From NCBI GenBank assembly GCA_044869275.1, contig JBIOXB010000070.1, positions 1 to 43,337 on the forward strand: a DNA stretch of 43,337 bases, given 5' to 3'. This document shows, piece after piece, positions 8,293 through 15,617 of the stretch. Below the pieces are notes generated by a model. That model was not told the DNA's origin, searched no databases, and worked only from the letters and a program-made list of their open reading frames with translations. The translations under genes were made by a program, and so were the position numbers. This DNA comes from a bacterium (GTDB lineage Bacteria; Zhuqueibacterota; Zhuqueibacteria; Zhuqueibacterales; Zhuqueibacteraceae). Numbering within the stretch: position 1 is the stretch's first letter; every line of letters begins with the position of its first letter.

Positions 8293-9693
8293 CTACTGCT
8301 TCTTCGGCCGCAGCTCCGTGGCCTTCACTTCGTGCTTCCACAACAACTGGCCGTTCTTGTCATGACATTCCATCACCAGCTTGCGGTCGGTGCGCGGACC
8401 GGAGAAGCTCAGCATGCCGAAGTTTCTTTTGCCCATCACCTGCGTGCCACTCACCACCGCGGGGTTGTTTTTCAATTTGTCGGCGACGTAGGTGCCGCTG
8501 GTCAGCGGTGAATTGCTGTAATCGTACAAAGGGTAAAACTCCGGATCATCCAGCCGGATCAGCTCGGTGCGATGCACGTCGCCGGAGAGAAACAGAACGC
8601 CCCAAACGTCACTGGCCTTGATCCATTTCAGCAAATCCTCGTACTCGTGTCGGTAAGCGCTGAAGCTTTCCTCTGTAACCTGAGGATTGAGCATTTGATT
8701 GCCGCCAACAATGATTTTGAAGGGCGCGGGGCTGCTGAGCAGCCCGTCTTTCAGCCAGCGCATTTGCGCCTTACCGAACATGGCTTTTTCGGGCGAATCG
8801 GGAGAGCGATCAGGGGAGCGATGATAGCGATCATCGAGCATGAAGAAATCAACATCAGCCCAGGTGAAACTGAAAAACACGCCCGGCGTTTCGTCGAGGC
8901 CATGACCGGGATTTAGCCAGTACTCTTGAAATATCTCGAGGGACTCTTTTTTCATGCGATACGTCCAGTCGGAGTTGTTCGGACCGTAGTCATGATCGTC
9001 CCAGATGGCGTAGTGATGCGTACTGCCGAGCAAGGCTTGTAATTCTGGCAGGGCGCGGGCATGCGCGTTGCGATGGCGCATGAAGGCGGTGGAATAAAAA
9101 TCCGGCTCACGATAGTAAATGTTGTCTCCGATCCAGAGCATGAGATCTGGCTGCTGGGCTGCGAGCGCGGTAAAAATTTCGTAATCGCCGCCATAGGGCT
9201 CACCGGGCCGGTCATATTCTGTTTCGTTGATAAAAGCGCACGATCCGAAGGCGACGTTGAATGACGGCGGGTCGGTGCGCCATTGCCACTGTGGCTGCGT
9301 TTGAAATGACAGGCGATACGGCCGCGGCACCAGCTTGCCGTCGATATACAATTCATAGTTGTAACGTTTTCCGGATTTCAAACGCGAAAGAATCACGCGC
9401 GCAATGCCGTCGCCTTCCCGGGTGGTGTTGAACGCCGGGCTCAATGCGGAGGAGGTGGCCTCGCCCTCGATCCAATAGCGAAATTGCACCTGCGCCGGCC
9501 TCGTGGTTTGCACCCACAGCGAAGCTTCGGTCAATTCGGCATAGCCCACCATCGGCCCGGAGCGCAGGCCGGAGTCTGTGGTAAGAACGGGAGCAGCAGC
9601 CGAGGCGGCGGCAGGTTTCTGGGTTGCAGGATTCTGTGCCAGAGCTGGAGAGTTGAACTCGAGCAGAAACGCGCAGGCGAACAACAGCGCCAT
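8293..9693 (-). CDS. phoD: Alkaline phosphatase D family protein
   Basis: FGSC, GDNIY, WDDHDY, LDDRYHR and LSGDVH motifs. Start placed at the signal-like MALLFACAF; the longer ORF extension runs through a REP. Exact start uncertain. Confidence 0.9.
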   Translation of the reverse strand: MALLFACAFLLEFNSPALAQNPATQKPAAASAAAPVLTTDSGLRSGPMVGYAELTEASLWVQTTRPAQVQFRYWIEGEATSSALSPAFNTTREGDGIARVILSRLKSGKRYNYELYIDGKLVPRPYRLSFQTQPQWQWRTDPPSFNVAFGSCAFINETEYDRPGEPYGGDYEIFTALAAQQPDLMLWIGDNIYYREPDFYSTAFMRHRNAHARALPELQALLGSTHHYAIWDDHDYGPNNSDWTYRMKKESLEIFQEYWLNPGHGLDETPGVFFSFTWADVDFFMLDDRYHRSPDRSPDSPEKAMFGKAQMRWLKDGLLSSPAPFKIIVGGNQMLNPQVTEESFSAYRHEYEDLLKWIKASDVWGVLFLSGDVHRTELIRLDDPEFYPLYDYSNSPLTSGTYVADKLKNNPAVVSGTQVMGKRNFGMLSFSGPRTDRKLVMECHDKNGQLLWKHEVKATELRPKKQ

Positions 9694-9840
9694 CCGGATC
9701 AACCGGCGGTTTTTAGGACGAAGCGAAAGAACAGCAAAGCCGCTCAAGATCGCCCTCCCCGTCCGGTGTAAGGCGGGAGCAATCCCTGCTTCCTTTGGAC
9801 GCCTAGCAAGATGCTGAGAAAAGCCAAAACTGCTGAAAAT

Positions 9841-9911
9841 TGTCATTCCCGCGAAAGCGGGAATCCGTGGTTTTCTTGAATTCTTGGATGCCCGCCTTCG
9901 CGGGCATGACA
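9841..9911. repeat. REP-like palindromic element (GTCATTCCCGCGAAAGCGGGAATCC family)
   Basis: TGTCATTCCCGCGAAAGCGGGAATCC ... GGATGCCCGCCTTCGCGGGCATGACA, an inverted doublet of hairpins. Confidence 0.85.
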
Positions 9912-9989
9912 TGAAAGAAAGCTCTCTCGGTTTGACCAGCCGTCGGATTACCATAAGAATCTCCCTTCCTCGCAAGACATTTCGTCGCA

Positions 9990-10038
9990 CTATCTACGAT
10001 TCACAGTCTACAATCCACTATCTACGATCCACTCTCCA
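9990..10038. repeat. 7-bp tandem repeat tract (about 7 x CNATCYA)
   Basis: CTATCTA CGATTCA CAGTCTA CAATCCA CTATCTA CGATCCA CTCTCCA. It supplies the stop codon of the thioesterase gene. Confidence 0.75.
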
Positions 10039-10903
10039 ACGGGCCGCGCAAAACGTCTGCGACAATCTCTTGCGGCGGCACAATCAATTTGCCCTCGGCA
10101 TTGACAAAAACTCCCAGCGAATAATCGCGCGCGAGCAGCCTTCCTGTGCTGGCGTTGTGAATCTCGTGCGTCCACGCGCCGCGCACTTTGGCCATTTCGC
10201 AAATCCAGCTTACGATTTCGATTTCATCATTGTCGAGCACCGGCTCGAAATACTCGATATCATGCCCGCCTTGCAACGTAAGCCAGCCCGCCTGCTGCAG
10301 CTTTTGAATGGGATGGCCCACCAGCCGAAGCGCATCGAAATAAACTTGCACGACCCAGTCCAGATAAACTGCGTGATGCACATGCTGCAAAGTATCCAGC
10401 TCATAGGTTTGCACGCGGCGCCGGCCGCGATAGCGGTGTGCCGCTTCGGTTTTGTCTGATTTGATCAAGCGGATACCAAGCTCCTCCCCCGCACCAGCCG
10501 GCTGAAACGCGGCCTGGAATTCCCCGGGAATCCGCGTGGGCTGGCCGGTGTTGAGATCGATGTAAACCCAATTCACGCGAGCCCGGGCGATTTGTACGCC
10601 GTCGCTCAGACGCATGATTTGATATTCGCGGTGCGAGCTCACGCGCTTTACGTCTGAAACCCAGGTCGTGATCTCCAGCTCCTCGGCGTAATGCGCCGGC
10701 GCGTGGTAGCGAATCTGCAAACGGCGAATGACCCAGCCCGTGCCATGGACGCGATACCATGATGGGCTGTAGCCGGCGGCCGTCGAAGCTTCGATGGCCG
10801 CTTCTTGCATCAACCTGACATAAGCCGCGTTGTTGAGATGGCCGAGAAAATCCAGCTCATAGTGTCGCACGCGAAAACGGCGGGTGAAGGGCCGCATAGC
10901 CAT
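10022..10903 (-). CDS. Double hot-dog acyl-CoA/acyl-ACP thioesterase
   Basis: Two 4HBT-type repeats: VRHYELDFLGHLNNAAY and VQTYELDTLQHVHHAVY. Confidence 0.88.
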   Translation of the reverse strand: MAMRPFTRRFRVRHYELDFLGHLNNAAYVRLMQEAAIEASTAAGYSPSWYRVHGTGWVIRRLQIRYHAPAHYAEELEITTWVSDVKRVSSHREYQIMRLSDGVQIARARVNWVYIDLNTGQPTRIPGEFQAAFQPAGAGEELGIRLIKSDKTEAAHRYRGRRRVQTYELDTLQHVHHAVYLDWVVQVYFDALRLVGHPIQKLQQAGWLTLQGGHDIEYFEPVLDNDEIEIVSWICEMAKVRGAWTHEIHNASTGRLLARDYSLGVFVNAEGKLIVPPQEIVADVLRGPLESGS

Positions 10904-10963
10904 GATCTCTTTTAGTCACCTCCGCCCCAAGTCATTTCGCAAGAATCAGCTCGTGTCAGAACT

Positions 10964-11011
10964 CTCGTTCCACCGCTCAGCGGTGGAATGCATACAATGA
11001 CGCTCTGCGTC
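10964..11011. repeat. REP-like element (CTCGTTCC...GGAATGCA...GACGCTCTGCGTC type)
   Basis: Hairpins TTCCACCGC-TCA-GCGGTGGAA and GACGC-TCT-GCGTC. Confidence 0.65.
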
Positions 11012-11084
11012 TGGTTTGTTTTGGAATACTGCCGAATGCGCAAGCAGATTCTCACAGAATGACAATGCGCGAAGATAGTATGAT

Positions 11085-12503
11085 TCAGTTCAATGCCAAT
11101 TCCCTGGCGAAAGATCTGATGATCTCAAACGCCTCCTCCACCTCCTGCCGGTGGGTGCGAAAGCTGAGAATGCACACACGAATCACAAAGCTCCCATGCA
11201 GAAGCGTGCTGGACAAAAACAGTTTTTCACTCTTCACGATCTTTTCCAGCAGGCGCCGGTTGAATTCGTCAACGTTGCCGCGTTCCGGACGATAGCGAAA
11301 AGCCATCACGGTGAGCTCGGGCTCGACCACACATTCAAAACCGGGTTCTTCTCGCATGCGCTGATAGAGCCACTGCGTCAACTGCAATTTTTCCGCGAGA
11401 TTCTCGCGAAAGGCTTGCACGCCGTACAATTTCAACGGCAGCCAGACCATCAAACCGCGAAAGGAGCGCGACAATTCCGGCGAATGCTCCGCAAAGTTCG
11501 TTTCAACTTCCGGCGTGAATGCATCCTGCAAATAGTCGGCCGTGAGCACGTGCGCGCGCCGCAGCAGCTCTCCCTCTTTCACCAGTAAACTGCCGCAGCC
11601 GTAAGGCACAAACAGGCCTTTGTGCGGGTCGAGCACGACCGAGTCCGAACGTTCGAGGCCGCGAAGCTTCTGTTTGCCTTCTTCGCAGAGATTGAAAAAT
11701 CCGCCGTAGGCCGCGTCGACATGATACCAAAGCGCATACTTTTGGCTAAGCTCGGCAAGCGCATGCAAGGGATCGATTGCGCCGGTGTTGGTGGTGCCGG
11801 CATTGCCGACGATCAGGAACGGTTTGAATCCCTCTTGCAGATCGGCTTTGATGGCATGCTCGAACTTTTCGGGGAGAGCATGAAAGCGCTGGTCACTCGG
11901 CAACACGCGAATGTTCTTTTCGGGAATGCCGGCGAGCATGGCGGCTTTCATCACGCAATGATGGGTTTGATCCGAGGCGTAGACCGTACCGCGCGCAATG
12001 TCGTCGCCGAGTAGTTGTTTGCGCGCCGTTACCACCGCGCTGAAATTGGCGAGCGAGCCGCCGGTGGTGGTGATGCCGCGGGCTGCGGAGGGGTAACCCA
12101 TCCATTGCGCGAACCATTCCAGCACGTTCGCTTCCAGCCGCGAAGCTGCCGGGGCCGCATACCACACGCCGGCGTAGCGATTCGTTGCCGCCGCGAGAAA
12201 TTCTGCGAGCGCGGCCGGAAACAGCCCGCCTCCGGGGATGTATCCCAGATACGCGGGGTGCGCCGTGTTAATCGAAACCGGAAAAACGCGTTCCATCAAA
12301 AAGTGCAGCAAGTCGTCGAACGCCATGCCGCTTTCAGGAGCCGGCTCGCGCAGAGACACTGCGATTTCCGCGGCGCGATCGAGCTGCGAGCGGGGAGACT
12401 GCGGCAAGTCCGCGATATGGTTCACCGCGGCACGCACGCAGGCTTCACCCATGCGCAGCATTTCTGCCGGAGAAAACTCGAGATTGGGAGGCGAGGAGGG
12501 CAT
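11085..12503 (-). CDS. Group II PLP-dependent decarboxylase (aromatic-L-amino-acid decarboxylase-like)
   Basis: GGSLAN, AGTTNTGAID, HVDAAYGG and DPHK (PLP lysine) motifs. Confidence 0.92.
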   Translation of the reverse strand: MPSSPPNLEFSPAEMLRMGEACVRAAVNHIADLPQSPRSQLDRAAEIAVSLREPAPESGMAFDDLLHFLMERVFPVSINTAHPAYLGYIPGGGLFPAALAEFLAAATNRYAGVWYAAPAASRLEANVLEWFAQWMGYPSAARGITTTGGSLANFSAVVTARKQLLGDDIARGTVYASDQTHHCVMKAAMLAGIPEKNIRVLPSDQRFHALPEKFEHAIKADLQEGFKPFLIVGNAGTTNTGAIDPLHALAELSQKYALWYHVDAAYGGFFNLCEEGKQKLRGLERSDSVVLDPHKGLFVPYGCGSLLVKEGELLRRAHVLTADYLQDAFTPEVETNFAEHSPELSRSFRGLMVWLPLKLYGVQAFRENLAEKLQLTQWLYQRMREEPGFECVVEPELTVMAFRYRPERGNVDEFNRRLLEKIVKSEKLFLSSTLLHGSFVIRVCILSFRTHRQEVEEAFEIIRSFARELALN

Positions 12504-12598
12504 GTGAAAACTTGAGCACGTTGTTTGCGTTATACGCCTCACGCCTTTCTTAACGCGTAACACGTGAGGGAAATGCGCGCAGTTGCTCTTCTGGGAGG

Positions 12599-12640
12599 CA
12601 AAAAAGCCCGACCGCATGCAGATGCAATCGGGCTTTTGCG
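12599..12640. terminator. Probable bidirectional intrinsic terminator
   Basis: AAAAGCCCGA ... TCGGGCTTTT stem, downstream of the 12681-14396 gene. Confidence 0.65.
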
Positions 12641-12680
12641 ATTCGTCCAGCGGCAATGCGCAAAGGAAGATACGAAAATA

Positions 12681-14396
12681 CTACCGTACGAGAATCAGTT
12701 TTTTCGTCAACACTTGCGCACCAGCGCGGAGGCGATAGAAGTAGACGCCGGCGGGCAGCAATCGGCCGTCGCGATCGCGGCCATTCCACGACAATTCTTG
12801 CCGGCCGCTTCCCGTGCGCAATCCGTTCGCACTGCTGAAGGCCGCCACTTCCTGTCCCATCAAATTATAGATGCTGAGGCTCGGCTCACCGCGCTCGAAA
12901 CCGAGATTGAAAACCAGGCGGGCTTGCTCGCGTGCAACCGAGAAGGGATTGGGATAAGCGTCATACAACGTGAACACCTCCGGAGAGCCTTCTGCGGGCG
13001 ATTCGACCGCAGTAGGCTGGTAGGTTTGCGCGGTGGCAAAGACGTCGGCGGTGCTGTCCTGCCAGGCTTTGAATTGCTCGCCCGCGGCGACGGGATTTCC
13101 CAGAATCGCGCTTGTGGGATCGATATAGTACATGGTCAAATTCAAATCCAGGCTGAATTCTCCTTGAATTTTGTCGTCGTCGATGCGCACGCCGAAATCA
13201 CCATAGGATTTTCCGTCGCCGGTGTCGGTGGTGCCGTCGGCGGTGCCCGTGGCGACGTTGTCACGATAATACAAACCACGTGAATCGCCGATGGCGGGCA
13301 CGGTCAGCAACACCACGACGCCGCCGGGCTGGCCCGAAGCCAGGAACCAGTTCACTTTTGAATCCACCACCGTGGTCACGGGGGCATCGGAGACGCCATC
13401 AATGCCAAAGCCAGCGGTGTTGAACGAATTGTAGAATTTCATGTTTTGACCCGCCACGTTCTCGTTGAAGTCGAGGGATTGGCGAATCAATTGGACGCCG
13501 GCGAGATTTGCCGTTTCCGCGCTCAATTTCGCATCTTTGGCGACCAGCGTGCTGGAATAGGGAAAATATTGCGTCACAAAGGACACCGTGTCAACCACGA
13601 ATGGCCCTAAAGGCGTATTGATCGCAAGTCCAAATGACAACTCGCGCAAGCCGCGAACTTTGCCGCCGCCGTAGTTGAGTGCCACAAATTTGACGGCGTT
13701 GTCTTCATTCGCTTCGTAATTGAACGAGATCACGATCGTGGCGCGGCCCTTGACGCGCAGCTTCAATCGATCGATGAGGTTGGGTGAAAACTGACCATTG
13801 GCTTGTTTGATGGTCTGAAAATTGGGCAGGCCATTCGTGGTATTGCCGGTCACATAGCTCAGGCCCTTGACCGTGTCCGCGCCATTGGCCGCGGGCGCGT
13901 TGGCGTGCTGGATGTAACTGGGAATATTGACCGGCGGGTTGGAAACTTTGCGAAAGAGATACACCCACGCTTTTTTGCTGGGCGCCAAAGGATCGGTCAC
14001 TTCAATTTCAATGCGCTGATTTTGCTGCGCCGGGGAGTCGTTCAGCCATTTGTCCGTGCCCGCGCGATCGCCCGTGTCTCCGGGCATGAAAACGACTTCG
14101 TCGTTCTCGTCGATCAGGCCGTCATTCTCCCGGAAGAACTTGCCTCCAGCATCGACTTCGTCGATTTGAAAAGGGATGGCGGTGAAGGCGCCCGAGCTCG
14201 CGCTGTACTTGTAAGCCGTCAGTTCCGCGATGGGCAGGCCAATCAATGCGGTTGAAGCGTCCAAAGCGTCGAAGACAACCGGATCGTATTGCCGGTCCAA
14301 GGTCTTGGTTTGGCCGAAAAGATTGGCCGTGGCGCACCAGGCGAGGCCTGTAAAAAAAACGGCAGCCCTTCCGAGCTTTGAATAACGGTGAGACAT
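12681..14396 (-). CDS. Secreted hypothetical protein with C-terminal FlgD-Ig / T9SS-type-A-like sorting domain
   Basis: AAGGAG Shine-Dalgarno and signal peptide. C-terminus YPNPF...IYNLMGQEV...WNGRD..G..LPAGVYFYRL...TKKLILVR. Confidence 0.85.
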   Translation of the reverse strand: MSHRYSKLGRAAVFFTGLAWCATANLFGQTKTLDRQYDPVVFDALDASTALIGLPIAELTAYKYSASSGAFTAIPFQIDEVDAGGKFFRENDGLIDENDEVVFMPGDTGDRAGTDKWLNDSPAQQNQRIEIEVTDPLAPSKKAWVYLFRKVSNPPVNIPSYIQHANAPAANGADTVKGLSYVTGNTTNGLPNFQTIKQANGQFSPNLIDRLKLRVKGRATIVISFNYEANEDNAVKFVALNYGGGKVRGLRELSFGLAINTPLGPFVVDTVSFVTQYFPYSSTLVAKDAKLSAETANLAGVQLIRQSLDFNENVAGQNMKFYNSFNTAGFGIDGVSDAPVTTVVDSKVNWFLASGQPGGVVVLLTVPAIGDSRGLYYRDNVATGTADGTTDTGDGKSYGDFGVRIDDDKIQGEFSLDLNLTMYYIDPTSAILGNPVAAGEQFKAWQDSTADVFATAQTYQPTAVESPAEGSPEVFTLYDAYPNPFSVAREQARLVFNLGFERGEPSLSIYNLMGQEVAAFSSANGLRTGSGRQELSWNGRDRDGRLLPAGVYFYRLRAGAQVLTKKLILVR

Positions 14397-14615
14397 ACCT
14401 ATCACTCCTTGTTAAAAATAGTGAAGAAGTTTGCTCTCGTTCCACAAACGCGGATTCTTCCTGATGGGGCGGCGCTGCCTCGACCACGCAGAAGACCACT
14501 TGCTGAAGAGAGAGCGTGAACACGCGCGAGAGTTGCTTCCCTTTTCTCCATTACCTCGCTCCGCTACCGTCATGCATTGTGGTTTGTCAGCTCTTCAGAA
14601 ATCAACACCGTCAAT

Positions 14616-15437
14616 TCAATTGACCTCATCAATCGTGGGTGCAGGTTGCCCGTCGGTGGCGCCATCGCCGGACTCTTCCTCGCCCGGTTGGGCGCGCCGT
14701 TTCTGTTTGACCATTTTGCCTTCCACCTGCTGCAAAAGCAGCTGCAGCTGCTCGCCGCCGGCATCCTTTTGCACGGCCTTCTGTGCCACCTCGTGCGCGC
14801 GATCGTACCAACCGCTCTCGTAATAATACTGCGCTGTAAGATAATAGACTTGATTCGCCTCGAGTTTATTCACGAAAAAACTCAAAACTTCGGTGGGTCG
14901 AATGCCAAAACACTTGGCCGCCGTGCGCTGGTTTTCCAGCAAAAAAGCGAGCACCAGCACGTTGTCGGATTGGCTGCGAATGAAGTTGGCAATGGCTTCC
15001 TGATCCTGCTGTAAAAGCTTTTCGATGCGTTCCAGATTGGTCTGCAATTCCTGGAAATGCATTTGCCAATTGCGTTCGTCATGGGCGTAACGCTCCAATA
15101 TGTAGCGCAGCTCTTTGCTCACCATCGCCTTGTGAAACAGCAGGCCGACGTGATTGATGAACGCGGTTTCGCCATAGCCCGGCACCAATTTGTGCCGCTC
15201 GTGGCGGCCGTTGGCTGAATCGGGGCGGCGGTAGATCAAATGATGATCGTCTTTCACCTGCTGCAAGATCGCGCAGATTTTCTTGAAGACCTCGAATGAA
15301 GGAACATGATGATCTGCAGCTTTCGGGCGCCAGTGCTGCTGAAAGCTGAGGCGCGCTTGCATGTAGCCTTCGATCATATTGCGAATCTTCCATGATTTGG
15401 CTGCCGCGAGGTAACTGCGATGTTTGGCGTAGGGCAT
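14616..15437 (-). CDS. Conserved-looking hypothetical helical protein with C-terminal TPR-like segment
   Basis: 273-aa ORF with AGGA Shine-Dalgarno that fills the gap between genes. TPR-like YYLTAQYYYESGWYDRA. Confidence 0.75.
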   Translation of the reverse strand: MPYAKHRSYLAAAKSWKIRNMIEGYMQARLSFQQHWRPKAADHHVPSFEVFKKICAILQQVKDDHHLIYRRPDSANGRHERHKLVPGYGETAFINHVGLLFHKAMVSKELRYILERYAHDERNWQMHFQELQTNLERIEKLLQQDQEAIANFIRSQSDNVLVLAFLLENQRTAAKCFGIRPTEVLSFFVNKLEANQVYYLTAQYYYESGWYDRAHEVAQKAVQKDAGGEQLQLLLQQVEGKMVKQKRRAQPGEEESGDGATDGQPAPTIDEVN

Positions 15438-15496
15438 GAAGTTTCCTGTCGAAGTTCGTCGTAATGCCTTCAGGCATCAAGGCTGATTCATGAATC

Positions 15497-15608
15497 TAGC
15501 ACCCTTCGACAAGCTCGGGGTGCGGCATTCCCAGTTTTCACACGGGCTGATTCCTGCGGAATGACAAGGAATAGGGGTTTTGAAAGCCAACTTAACATGG
15601 CCAAGCTA
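15497..15608. mobile_element. Right-hand remnant of the nested MITE/REP composite
   Basis: 15497-15553 nearly matches 3254-3311 (TAGCACCCTTCGACAAGCTC.GGGTGCGGCATTCCCA.GTTTTCACAC...CTGATTC). It is followed by GGAATGACA, then AACTTAACATGGCCAAGCTA (15589-15608), which matches 26057-26076 at 18 of 20 positions. Confidence 0.7.
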
Positions 15609-15617
15609 CGACCCTGC

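Noticed and set aside
9771..9789. GGGAGCAATCCC matching the tRNA fragment's variable arm as a second att site
   Set aside because: The match is only about 11 nt of a generic GNRA hairpin, with no T arm or acceptor sequence.
9694..9990. Long N-terminal extension of PhoD
   Set aside because: It translates a REP element (RIPAFAGMT) and intergenic DNA; the signal-like sequence starts later.
14406..14615. Riboswitch in the 210-nt leader of the secreted protein gene
   Set aside because: No recognisable aptamer consensus by eye; an Rfam/Infernal scan would be needed.
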